This document shows positions 1 through 8,738 of a stretch of DNA of 55,723 bases, piece after piece (position 1 is the first letter of the stretch; every line of letters begins with the position of its first letter). This DNA is from a virus (taxonomy: Duplodnaviria; Caudoviricetes), in IMG/VR virus record IMGVR_UViG_3300025389_000003, positions 1 through 55,723 of that record; one strand, given 5' to 3'. The position numbers were made by a program, and so were the translations under genes. Below the pieces are notes generated by a model that saw nothing but the letters and a program-made list of their open reading frames with translations, had not been told where the DNA came from and searched no databases.

Positions 1-67
1 TGGAACGCAGGGCGCAAGCCAAACGGAGCATTAGTTGCTGACATAGTCAAACTCCTTTAGGTTAACC
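1..67. repeat. Terminal direct repeat, copy 1 (assembly circularisation overlap)
   Basis: Positions 1-67 are identical to 55657-55723; the gene starting at 55700(-) has its RBS and start duplicated at 44-59. Confidence 0.95.
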
Positions 68-607
68 CGAAAATACGGGTGTTTTGCTTGGTTGCTGTTC
101 AATTCCGCCAATACCTTCACCCTCAACGTTAACCAGTGAACGGCCATTACTATCGCGTTGTCCTTGGAGACTTTCAATTTGGACTCTAATCTTGTCAGCC
201 TCTTCACGGGGCTTGTCATGATGTTGATAAGTCATAATTTCTTGGAAAATGTCCATTGGCAATTTAAATAGCAACATTTCGTTGCACGAGATATAACCAA
301 CGTGCTCACCTGACTTCACTCGATAATCTTCATAGCCTGGTAACTCTTCCGACTTAACGGGGACGTACCCTAGACGAATCCTCTTATCAATGCTGTCATA
401 GCTATTGGTAGTTGAAAGCCAGCAAAGGTGCCACCCATCCATGTTGGGTAACTTTGGCAGTGCTGATTGCGTCCACTCCTCACTCCACATCTTGCGACGT
501 TCCTGTGTAGAAATGAACTTTTCTTCTGGTGCTCCATGACTCGCTTCCCCGTTTTCACGGTCATTACGACCTGTAGCATTCAAAGATTTTTTAAGACGTG
601 ATTCCAT
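62..607 (-). CDS. Conserved hypothetical protein of the head module
   Basis: 181-aa ORF, ATG at 607 after GGAG; lies between the scaffold gene and capsid genes on the circular map. Confidence 0.7.
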   Translation of the reverse strand: MESRLKKSLNATGRNDRENGEASHGAPEEKFISTQERRKMWSEEWTQSALPKLPNMDGWHLCWLSTTNSYDSIDKRIRLGYVPVKSEELPGYEDYRVKSGEHVGYISCNEMLLFKLPMDIFQEIMTYQHHDKPREEADKIRVQIESLQGQRDSNGRSLVNVEGEGIGGIEQQPSKTPVFSG

Positions 608-626
608 ATTATTCTCCAAGTATTAG

Positions 627-1619
627 TTAGTAAGTTTTATTCTGACGGTCAAACTTCACAAAGTTTTCGATCATCTTTGCTTTGCGAACAGGGTTGTCCC
701 ATGCGCCAGCTTCTTTCATTGCTTTTACTCTTTCTGGAGTAAGCAAGAACTGGGTACGGTTAGTACCCCCATAAGCTGCTGAAGCCTCTCGTCCTGAACT
801 ACCCACAACATTCCTTGGTTTTCTAACAGTGGAATTACTGTCTGCAGAATCATTATAACGATGAGGTAGAGACTTTTGCAAACGGCTATCGAGCTCGTCC
901 CAATAGTCAGGATCTTTTGGGTCCCAGCCCTCTTCAACAAGCATTTCAGACGCCTTTAAAGTGATGCGACTGTCTCTGTCCGTACCATCAATCTTGTACC
1001 AACTGTTTTTGTTGATCCATTGTGCAGCGTTGCGCTGTACTTCAGGCTCAGGCAGTTTGATATTGTTGATTTCAGGGCGTGGTGCTTGTGCTACTTGTTT
1101 TTTAATTTGCGCCAATTGAGCCAAATTAGCCTTGGCTTCGTCCAAAAGGTCTTGAGCCTCCACCATGGCTTGGCCATCATTAGAGCTAACAGCTTCAGCC
1201 ATCTTCATTTTGGCGTACTCCAAGCGAACTTGGGTATCCTCAATGTTTTTGTCAATGCGCAAAACGTCAGTTTGACGTGTTCTATTCTCTACATCAGACA
1301 AACGGCGCTTAAATTCTTCATTTTCACGCTGTAATTGCTGTAAACGTAGGTCTTTTTCGTAGTTTGTCTTCTTGACTAGGTCACGTTTTGCTCTGCGACG
1401 GCTTCTTTTAGCGTCTCTAAGCTCGTCCGTGTCATCAGGATGGTCTGCATCTTCGTCATCAGCTTGTTTTTGGTCAATATTTTGATCAAATTTTTCTAGT
1501 TGTGAAGAATTATCGCCATCATCATCGTTTTTTAACAAACTTTCATCCAATTCAACGATTGCAGAGCCGTCTTGTGACTCTTCAATCTTCAATTCAGGTG
1601 TTTTTTGCTCGGTTGCCAT
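627..1619 (-). CDS. Putative capsid scaffolding protein
   Basis: 330 aa; acidic N-terminus, long coiled coil, 'W...N.W' segment; located between groES and capsid genes. Confidence 0.65.
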   Translation of the reverse strand: MATEQKTPELKIEESQDGSAIVELDESLLKNDDDGDNSSQLEKFDQNIDQKQADDEDADHPDDTDELRDAKRSRRRAKRDLVKKTNYEKDLRLQQLQRENEEFKRRLSDVENRTRQTDVLRIDKNIEDTQVRLEYAKMKMAEAVSSNDGQAMVEAQDLLDEAKANLAQLAQIKKQVAQAPRPEINNIKLPEPEVQRNAAQWINKNSWYKIDGTDRDSRITLKASEMLVEEGWDPKDPDYWDELDSRLQKSLPHRYNDSADSNSTVRKPRNVVGSSGREASAAYGGTNRTQFLLTPERVKAMKEAGAWDNPVRKAKMIENFVKFDRQNKTY

Positions 1620-1632
1620 AAATATTTACCCC

Positions 1633-2088
1633 TTAAACGTATGTTTTAAACGACAGTGGGTCATCTGTGACCTTAGCTATCAGTTCGTGGTCGTTGATAG
1701 TCATAAACAAAACGGGTTCGGTGTCGGCTTCTTCACCAGGAACTGGTCTTTCCCACCTGTCTCCACCCCATTTTGGAACCCTTACAAAGTCACCAATCTC
1801 AGCCCATGAGCCTTCTGGCCATGGTTGCATGGTGTCTCTGTTCTTAAACGCAAGCGGACCTATGGCCACGACCTTACCGATCATGTTGTTCCACTTCTCG
1901 TTTTCTTTGGTTTCATCAACGATGATGATTCGTCCTGCGCGTTTTTTAATACGGCGTAATTGAACGATTACACGACCACCATATGGACGTTGTCCAGGGT
2001 CTACATCAGGGAATGCCCATACTAGTTCAACTGGGTCAGGCACGCCCGCATTTCCCTCAATCGTAGGGATTTTCTCTTTTTCACTCAC
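1633..2088 (-). CDS. groES: GroES/Cpn10-like co-chaperonin
   Basis: P.G.RVIV, GRIIIVDE, GKVVAIGP, GDFV..PKWGG, INDHELIAKV match the Cpn10 pattern; GTG start at 2088 follows AAGGAG. Confidence 0.9.
   Translation of the reverse strand: MSEKEKIPTIEGNAGVPDPVELVWAFPDVDPGQRPYGGRVIVQLRRIKKRAGRIIIVDETKENEKWNNMIGKVVAIGPLAFKNRDTMQPWPEGSWAEIGDFVRVPKWGGDRWERPVPGEEADTEPVLFMTINDHELIAKVTDDPLSFKTYV
2022..2034. promoter_or_regulatory. 13-bp palindrome site CTAGTTCAACTGG (inside groES)
   Basis: Perfect match to genome-wide CYAGTTSAACTRG. Confidence 0.8.
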
Positions 2089-2102
2089 TACTCTCTCCTT
2101 AA

Positions 2103-2167
2103 ACACCATAGTTTCAGGTGCATCATCAAAGCGCTTTTCAGCGCGGCCTCAGTCGCGGAGTGCGACT
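2103..2167 (-). ncRNA. Candidate structured cis-regulatory leader of groES (three hairpins)
   Basis: Minus strand AGTCGC-actcc-GCGACT, GCGCT-gaaa-AGCGC, GCACC-tgaaactat-GGTGT directly before the AAGGAG RBS. Confidence 0.45.
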
Positions 2168-2346
2168 TATTCTTTACCTTCAGCTTCTTCTAACATACGG
2201 TCGATTGAATTCAGGGTAAATTGTAAACCTTGGTATTCACCTACCATACGCTGATAGGCTTCCCAAGTTACCGCGTTACCAGAGGCAAGGGAAAACGCTA
2301 ACTCGGATTGCCTAAGTTTGACCACGTGGATCAGTTGTTCAATCAT
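2167..2346 (-). CDS. Small hypothetical protein upstream of groES (59 aa, not in ORF track)
   Basis: MIEQLIHVVK...YQRMVGEYQGL...EGKE; ATGA overlap with upstream gene. Confidence 0.75.
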   Translation of the reverse strand: MIEQLIHVVKLRQSELAFSLASGNAVTWEAYQRMVGEYQGLQFTLNSIDRMLEEAEGKE

Positions 2347-2480
2347 TTGTTTTTGCTAAGAGGAGACACGGGCTTCTTGCCTGTATCCTTCATGCTTTGT
2401 CCATTCACGGGTGCGCCTTGGGCCAAACGCTTGTGTTGGGGGACGTTGATGCTCTTTTGTTCTTGATCAGATGTTGCCAT
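2343..2480 (-). CDS. Small basic hypothetical protein (45 aa)
   Basis: MATSDQEQK...; ATG at 2480 preceded by AAGGAG, overlapping the portal 3' end. Confidence 0.65.
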   Translation of the reverse strand: MATSDQEQKSINVPQHKRLAQGAPVNGQSMKDTGKKPVSPLSKNK

Positions 2481-4941
2481 TTGGGGCTCCTTGAGGTTGT
2501 GGCGCGGGCGCCTGTGGTTGTGGCGCTTGCGCCATGGGTTGCATAGCAGGCGGTTGTGCCTGTGCAATGTTTTGGATTGTCTCATGAGTCAGCTTAGCAT
2601 TCTCAATTGCAATCTTTGTTTGGTTGTCCATTGTTGCCTTTTGCATATCTGCTTGCAACTTGGCTTGATCATACTGTGACTTGGCTTGGTCGGCTTGGGT
2701 CTTGCGCTGTGTCTCAGCCATGCTTGTGTCTTTGACCACTTGCTCAGCAGGTGGCAACTGACCTTGTGATGCTTGTTGACGTTGTGTAGCAATACCAATG
2801 AGCTTTTGAAATTGTGGAACAAACGCTTGGAAGACGTCTTGCGTATCCATTTCTACGTGCGCACCAACTACTGTGTACAGCTTGTCGATGTGCGCAGTCA
2901 AACTTGGATCATCGTAGTTGTCTACAGGCTTGCCACCTTGTGATTGTGCTACATAAGCATTACTTCTGTTCAAGTACCACAATGTCATATGTTGCTTGAT
3001 GTGCTCAATCAAGTTATTGACAAAGTTGGGATCTGCAAATGGGGATTGGCCAAAGAATGGGTTCAATCCAAATTGCAAATGATCTTGAATGTGCGCTATG
3101 TGATCTTGTTGCATGTACGCATAGGCGGGTTGGCCTAAGAGCATGGCAGCGTTCTCATCCGCAGATGTGCGTTGCTCAGGAGAAGGCACGTCCTTCATCA
3201 ACTCATTGATGTTGGGTATCTTCAATTGCTTCAAGAATCTAGACAGAACCATATTCATATTGAACTGGTCAGGATGTTTTTCTGCCAAAGCTAACACCGC
3301 TTGGTTTTGCGCCATGCGTTGTGTCTCAGAAAAGATGTGGGGATCAGAGACTGGCACAACATCCGTGTTGCGCGAGAAGTCTTCTCTTTCAATATCCAAG
3401 TCAGCCACTACCTCTGACTTGCGCATCTCGTCAAAGTGCCAACGGTTGAGTCGGCATAGGATTTTGAGGACGCGCGCCTGAGATTCATGCAGCCTAGCGT
3501 GAATAGCAGAAAATACCGCTGCACCTTGCTCAATCAAAGCCTGAGTTGTACCGACAGGCGCCTGAGCGTTAACGTCAGCGATTTTTTCTTCTGACGTGCT
3601 CACGACTCCCTTTGTTGCGGTATCTAACCAGCCAAGGAGCTCAAACAACACTGCGGATGGGGGATTAAACGGCATAGGCATAGCTATTTGCCTGATGTCC
3701 TGAACCCCAGGCGCTCCCTCAATCTCAACAATTTGTGTGACGTCTACTTGTTGACTTTGTCCACTGATCTTTGCTCCTTTGAGCTTGAGCATGGTGGCTG
3801 CATTATTGATGTGAGCGCTATCCAACAATGCACGCAAGCTACCAGTAAGAGCAGCACTAAGACCGCCAATAAGGTGAGGCAATCCGATTGCATATGCACC
3901 CCTCCATGGAATGAACTTGAATTCAACGATCCAATCCAACTTGGTCATTGTTTCATCTTGTTCTTCCCAGTTTCTGTACAAGCCCACCACTTCATTGTCA
4001 ATCTCATCAATCATGAGAATATATGGAGCTGACTTGCCCTTGGAATACTTGTCTTCTTGTAATTCTAAGAACGTGTAAACGTGGTAGACGTTGCGGATAC
4101 CGTCTTGGTTTTTCTCAAACTGCTTGCCCTCAATCTTATTGTTGGCTTGCTCTACCTTGCCGATATCAATGCTTTCCGTAGCCTTAACATAGTTGATGTC
4201 ACGATACATGCCACTTCTGATGCGTCTTTGAAACTCATACTCGGTGATTTCGTGTAGTTCCGCTGCTCTTTGTGCGGTGTAGAAGTTGGTGGCAGCAAAC
4301 GGCAGTATCACGCGGTCAATTGGCAAAAACTCCACGCATGGGCGCTTTTTCTCTTCATCAAACCACATCTTAAAGTATTGTGATCCACCCAAAGGCAACT
4401 GAGTCAGCAACTGTTCTTGCTCGTCTCTGAACTCTTCGATCTGCTCGGTGATCTGCCAGTTCAAATAGTCACGCTTGCGCTCAGCTTTTTGTGACTTGAT
4501 TTCATCCATCTTGCCCAAAATCTTTGTTCTGACTGGGCCATCAGGTGGGAACATCTCTTTGATTGCACGAGCAGCGAAGTCTACACAGCCTTCTGCCATG
4601 GCTGGGTGAACTACTTTGGATGCGCCCATGAAGGTTGCGCCACCAGGGGCATCATTGCCCATGCCTGTGCGCTTTAATCCTTCTTCGTATTGCTTGTCCC
4701 TTAACTCACGAGCTTCTTTGTCGCTCTTGATCAAGTCCATGTATCGCTGAATAAGACCTGATAGTTCATGGCTATCATAAGTCTCAGCCATGTTGCTGTA
4801 GAAGTCAGGATTTTCTTCAGGCCCACTGTCAGGCATGGTGACAATTGCTGAACCGTCAGGCTGTTCTTCTGTTTCTATTTCAGGCAAATCAACAATGGCT
4901 GAGCCATCGTCTTGCTCTTCAATGTTCATTTCGTCGTTCAT
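2467..4941 (-). CDS. Portal protein
   Basis: 824 aa; HP..AE...F.ARA..E.FP..GPV, PVGTT.ALIEQG..VFSAIH.RLH, VVPVSDP motifs; Q/P-rich tail; downstream of terminase. Confidence 0.85.
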   Translation of the reverse strand: MNDEMNIEEQDDGSAIVDLPEIETEEQPDGSAIVTMPDSGPEENPDFYSNMAETYDSHELSGLIQRYMDLIKSDKEARELRDKQYEEGLKRTGMGNDAPGGATFMGASKVVHPAMAEGCVDFAARAIKEMFPPDGPVRTKILGKMDEIKSQKAERKRDYLNWQITEQIEEFRDEQEQLLTQLPLGGSQYFKMWFDEEKKRPCVEFLPIDRVILPFAATNFYTAQRAAELHEITEYEFQRRIRSGMYRDINYVKATESIDIGKVEQANNKIEGKQFEKNQDGIRNVYHVYTFLELQEDKYSKGKSAPYILMIDEIDNEVVGLYRNWEEQDETMTKLDWIVEFKFIPWRGAYAIGLPHLIGGLSAALTGSLRALLDSAHINNAATMLKLKGAKISGQSQQVDVTQIVEIEGAPGVQDIRQIAMPMPFNPPSAVLFELLGWLDTATKGVVSTSEEKIADVNAQAPVGTTQALIEQGAAVFSAIHARLHESQARVLKILCRLNRWHFDEMRKSEVVADLDIEREDFSRNTDVVPVSDPHIFSETQRMAQNQAVLALAEKHPDQFNMNMVLSRFLKQLKIPNINELMKDVPSPEQRTSADENAAMLLGQPAYAYMQQDHIAHIQDHLQFGLNPFFGQSPFADPNFVNNLIEHIKQHMTLWYLNRSNAYVAQSQGGKPVDNYDDPSLTAHIDKLYTVVGAHVEMDTQDVFQAFVPQFQKLIGIATQRQQASQGQLPPAEQVVKDTSMAETQRKTQADQAKSQYDQAKLQADMQKATMDNQTKIAIENAKLTHETIQNIAQAQPPAMQPMAQAPQPQAPAPQPQGAPNGNI
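4456..4468. promoter_or_regulatory. Near-match palindrome site CCAGTTCAAATAG (inside portal)
   Basis: One mismatch to CYAGTTSAACTRG; could be chance. Confidence 0.35.
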
Positions 4942-7808
4942 TTCTTAGCCTTTTTAGGTTTTTTCATGAGTTCAAGGGTCATGGTGTCTTGGCTTGCCTT
5001 GCCACCTTTTTTGTATCCCTTTTTCTGCAATGCAGTCAAATACTTTTCTGTAAGTTGTTGTCTAGGTATTCTACGGACAATGTCCATGTACCCAGGCGCT
5101 CTTCCTTTTGTTTCTTGAATTTCTTTTACAAAGTCGGGCGCAGCCATCTCAAACGGTATTTGTCTGAACGCCTCTGGGCTAGTCTCTCCATGCAACATGA
5201 ATGGGAAGGCTTTGTTTAGCTCAGGCTCATATGACGTCTCTCCACTGAAAGAAAAGACGTGAGGACCAACTGACATGCTTGGAGCGTGCAGTAGTCTTGG
5301 GTCAGTTGTGTCTTCGATCATTTTGGATGCATCAAAGATCTGCGCTTTCTTTCCGCCAATCTTTTTGCCAGCCATTAAATCAGCCAGTATGCGACGACGC
5401 TCAAACGTGTCAAACAAATGGTGCGTGTTATCAAATGATACGTCAGAATCAAATACAGGCTTGGAAGGAGACTTTTCTGTGCCCTTGGTCATTGCTGAGC
5501 GCATCATGTCTAGCATCATGGCTTCTTGCTCTGGGCTCAACAGACCATTTTTCCTAGCCTCTTGAAATTTGTTCCACATCCTATTAAAGACCAATTGGTT
5601 GGACGTGTGCATTTCAGGTGTACCAATAAAGGTAGACCATATTGCTTTATCTTCGGGAGACAGTCCGCGCTTTTCACGGTTCAATAATTTGATTGCGGTT
5701 CCCGACTTGCCTACACCCCAAACACGGCCAGCATAGTCAGGATCTTCCAATCCAATTTGTGAAAAACCTACGCCACCACGCATGCCATGTTTGCGCTTTT
5801 CTACCTTTGCGCGGTCAGCTTCTGTGATGTGCAAATACTTTCCTTCGTGCTTTCCTAATACTTCAGATGGCCTCATCAGTCCTTCTTGTGCCTTTTGGAA
5901 GATTGCCTCTTTCATTTCTGCCACGGTAGGCTTCTTTGCTGATCCGCCTTTAGCCATGTTGGGCATGGTTTGATTCTGTGGCCCTAGAGCGCTCAATGCC
6001 TGTCCTTGGGGGGTCATGCTCAAGATGTTGCTCTGAGGAGCTCCTTGGGGCATTTGACCGCCTTGCTGTGGCGGTTGTTGAGGTTGTTGCTGTTGATTTG
6101 GAGGCGTCATCTGAGGCGCTGACTGCTGAACGTATTGCATCCCAGGCGTCATCTTGTCCATGTCTACTCCACCTACGCTTGGGTTGCCGTCTCTGCCAGG
6201 CTCAACATATATCTTGTCTGACAGGTTAGGAGCCTCGTTAGCGCCAATAGACTGAATCTCAGCCTTGGGCACCATGAGTCTATTGCGTTGGAGCGCCATG
6301 CGCATTTCCTCTATTGATGGTTGCACGTTGCCTCCAGTTGCTTTGTGTACGACGCCACCTGTTTTGTACAGTGGAAGTCCGTTGGTTAATATGTCTTTGC
6401 GCATTGGCTCAGTGATGGGAAAGTGGTGAAGCTTTTTTTCATTTGCCTTATCAAGCATGGCATTAAATTGTGCTTGTTCTTGTGGGTTCATATTAGCCAT
6501 TGGAACATGGGCTACGCCTAGTCGTTCTGATGCGTCTCCACGCTCACTTGGATCGCCAGGCAATGTATGACCATGTAACTCCATCTTAACGCCATGCTTC
6601 TTTCCAAGTTGGTTAAAGATGTTAGGGACTTTCTTGTTGTAGAAAGCCTTCATTGGCTTGCCTTTTATTTCTATGTCTTGACCAGTCAATGAACGTAAAG
6701 TGCCTTGTGGCTTTTGTTGCATTAGCTTTTCCGCTAATTCTTTTCCAACAAGTTCAGGTAAATCTTCTTCTCTAACACCTGTTTGTTTAATAACTTCATT
6801 TCCATTTTTATCATAGGCAACTAGGTTTGACCCTGATAAATGCAAATCTTGTATATGTTTTGCCAAACTATATCGTTTGTTTTGTTCTTCACCAGGCGTC
6901 ATGACGATGCCATGGTAGCCCTTTTCTGCAGCGTGGTGCATCAATCTTTTAATGGCCATCTCTTCCCAGTTCTTTTTAAATGGGGCGTCTGGTGGAGCAA
7001 AATTGTTTGGTAATGATAATAGTTCATCATGAATTTCTTTTGGAATCGCTTTATTGTTTTGAATGTAAGGAGCCGCCAAATCCGATAATTCTTTTCGACG
7101 CTTTTCAATTTCTTCTGTGCGATAACCTTTTTCACGCCCTTGTTGATGCCAGTCTGACTGTAGCTCTTCAAGGTGCAGTAGCTTCTCACCGTTGGGCCCA
7201 GTGCGGTCTTTGAGACGCATGGATGCTAGGATGTTTGGCTCGCCATGGAAGTGGTTTGATACACCTTCAAAGTTACCCATTGGATACTTGATAAGCATCT
7301 CTCGGTAGTTCTCACCGCCAGGCAAAGTCAACTCTTCGTGTGCAGCGCCTTTTTCTATCTCACCATTGCGCCTCATGCTTTCAGCTATCTGGCTAAATCT
7401 GTTCCATTGGTTGTTTGCCAAGTCTTGTGCAATATCATCAACGGTCTCATCGTACTCGTCAGCGTTGCGTCTTCCACGACGACCCATCAAGTATTGAGCT
7501 TCTTCACGCGCCTCTTGATAGATTAAATCATCAATGATTTCACTATCAGTCACGGGCATGATTGTTTTGTCAATTATTCTAGGATTTGACTTTTGTGACA
7601 GATGTCCAAGGAACTGCTCGTGCGTCATCTTGGGCTCGTTCATCAGCGACTCAAGGCCACGCTCTTTGAGTTCAGTGGGCTTGACGCCAGGCAACGCCAT
7701 CAATTCTTTGAGGAACTCGGAACCAGTTCCTACCTTACGCTTGAGAGCCTTAGCCCCCATGTCCAAGGCTGAATAGAAGGGTCTGCCCTTGCCGATTAAC
7801 TCATTCAT
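4938..7808 (-). CDS. Large multidomain (polyvalent-type) putative head-cargo protein
   Basis: 956 aa; LPGGENYRE...H...R.KDR...LHLEELQSDW domain; domains separated by YKTGG, KATGG, MAKGG, YKKGG motifs. Confidence 0.6.
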   Translation of the reverse strand: MNELIGKGRPFYSALDMGAKALKRKVGTGSEFLKELMALPGVKPTELKERGLESLMNEPKMTHEQFLGHLSQKSNPRIIDKTIMPVTDSEIIDDLIYQEAREEAQYLMGRRGRRNADEYDETVDDIAQDLANNQWNRFSQIAESMRRNGEIEKGAAHEELTLPGGENYREMLIKYPMGNFEGVSNHFHGEPNILASMRLKDRTGPNGEKLLHLEELQSDWHQQGREKGYRTEEIEKRRKELSDLAAPYIQNNKAIPKEIHDELLSLPNNFAPPDAPFKKNWEEMAIKRLMHHAAEKGYHGIVMTPGEEQNKRYSLAKHIQDLHLSGSNLVAYDKNGNEVIKQTGVREEDLPELVGKELAEKLMQQKPQGTLRSLTGQDIEIKGKPMKAFYNKKVPNIFNQLGKKHGVKMELHGHTLPGDPSERGDASERLGVAHVPMANMNPQEQAQFNAMLDKANEKKLHHFPITEPMRKDILTNGLPLYKTGGVVHKATGGNVQPSIEEMRMALQRNRLMVPKAEIQSIGANEAPNLSDKIYVEPGRDGNPSVGGVDMDKMTPGMQYVQQSAPQMTPPNQQQQPQQPPQQGGQMPQGAPQSNILSMTPQGQALSALGPQNQTMPNMAKGGSAKKPTVAEMKEAIFQKAQEGLMRPSEVLGKHEGKYLHITEADRAKVEKRKHGMRGGVGFSQIGLEDPDYAGRVWGVGKSGTAIKLLNREKRGLSPEDKAIWSTFIGTPEMHTSNQLVFNRMWNKFQEARKNGLLSPEQEAMMLDMMRSAMTKGTEKSPSKPVFDSDVSFDNTHHLFDTFERRRILADLMAGKKIGGKKAQIFDASKMIEDTTDPRLLHAPSMSVGPHVFSFSGETSYEPELNKAFPFMLHGETSPEAFRQIPFEMAAPDFVKEIQETKGRAPGYMDIVRRIPRQQLTEKYLTALQKKGYKKGGKASQDTMTLELMKKPKKAKK

Positions 7809-8458
7809 AAGGGGCGCTCCTCTATTTCTAAATGATGTGCGTGAGTGACTTGTCCACCCTTGGCTTTGGTAATGTCTGGTTCATTGACGTCATATGTGCC
7901 ACGGTTTCCAATGGCTGATTTAATCTGTGTTGGGTGAAACAACGCCAAGTTCTTGACAAGTTTATTTTTATCGTTGTGTTCGGCCACGTACATGGAATCA
8001 TGGCCAAGGTTTTTGATTGCCTTCATCACATCAGGATTTTCTAGCTCAGCCCAATATCCTTGTGATATGGCATCTTTGACTCCACTCGATAATGGCCTGC
8101 CTTTTATCGCTGCATACTCATCGTAAAGATTGTCTAAATGCGCAGGGTTGTCATAATCAAACGGCAACTTGGCTTGCACATGCACTGGCATGATATTTTG
8201 ACCTTTGGGCTCCAATTCGCCGTAGTTTGTGTAATTGCCAAGATAACTATTGACAAAACTTGGGTCAGGCGAAACAAAGTGAGCCCCACGTTGGCTTGGC
8301 TTAAAGTCTTTGAAGTCAGCATTGGTTCCATGGTACATGACCCCCTTCTCATGGCTTCCATGTAAGAACTTAGCTTTGTTCGCCTCACGCTCAGCACGGG
8401 TCATCCCCTTGGTTAACGCAAGGCGCATCTGATCCATTGAGGGTTTGGGTTTACTCAT
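7805..8458 (-). CDS. ADP-ribosyltransferase-like protein (ART-PolyVal-like)
   Basis: YHGT..DF..F, F.S.DP..V.SY, IMPVHV..K.PFD, GHDS, F.P.QIKSA.GN.G.YD motifs; C-terminal KAKGG. Confidence 0.6.
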   Translation of the reverse strand: MSKPKPSMDQMRLALTKGMTRAEREANKAKFLHGSHEKGVMYHGTNADFKDFKPSQRGAHFVSPDPSFVNSYLGNYTNYGELEPKGQNIMPVHVQAKLPFDYDNPAHLDNLYDEYAAIKGRPLSSGVKDAISQGYWAELENPDVMKAIKNLGHDSMYVAEHNDKNKLVKNLALFHPTQIKSAIGNRGTYDVNEPDITKAKGGQVTHAHHLEIEERPL

Positions 8459-8461
8459 TAC

Positions 8462-8710
8462 TCAATTATCCACCGAGGGCTTGAGTTCGTCCACCGACCT
8501 TTTCTTTCTCCATCTGATCCAATCCCTCAATTGCTGCACCGCGAGTTGCTCGCCTATGTCCGCTTCAGGCAACACCGTGATGTCGAACCGATTCTCACAT
8601 ATGGTGGTCTTCACCCCATCCATATGAATCAGCCTTTTGTACGTTGTCTCCGTTTGGGCAAAGTATCCGAAGTCATTGCCCGAATCCATCAGTTCAGTCT
8701 CAATCGTCAT
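8462..8710 (-). CDS. Hypothetical protein
   Basis: 82-aa ORF in operon between terL and the ART-like gene. Confidence 0.65.
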   Translation of the reverse strand: MTIETELMDSGNDFGYFAQTETTYKRLIHMDGVKTTICENRFDITVLPEADIGEQLAVQQLRDWIRWRKKRSVDELKPSVDN

Positions 8711-8719
8711 GTCACACCC

Positions 8720-8732
8720 CCAGTTCAACTAG
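8720..8732. promoter_or_regulatory. 13-bp palindrome site CCAGTTCAACTAG (intergenic, after terL)
   Basis: Perfect match to CYAGTTSAACTRG. Confidence 0.8.
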
Positions 8733-8738
8733 TATTCC

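Noticed and set aside
1633-2088. Phage GroES without GroEL as a novelty
   Set aside because: Well precedented (T4 gp31 and many aquatic phages).
2189-2204. TCTAACATACGGT, 13 nt identical to the operator at 16550
   Set aside because: The right half-site is broken (GTCGAT) and it lies inside a coding region with no promoter; probably chance.
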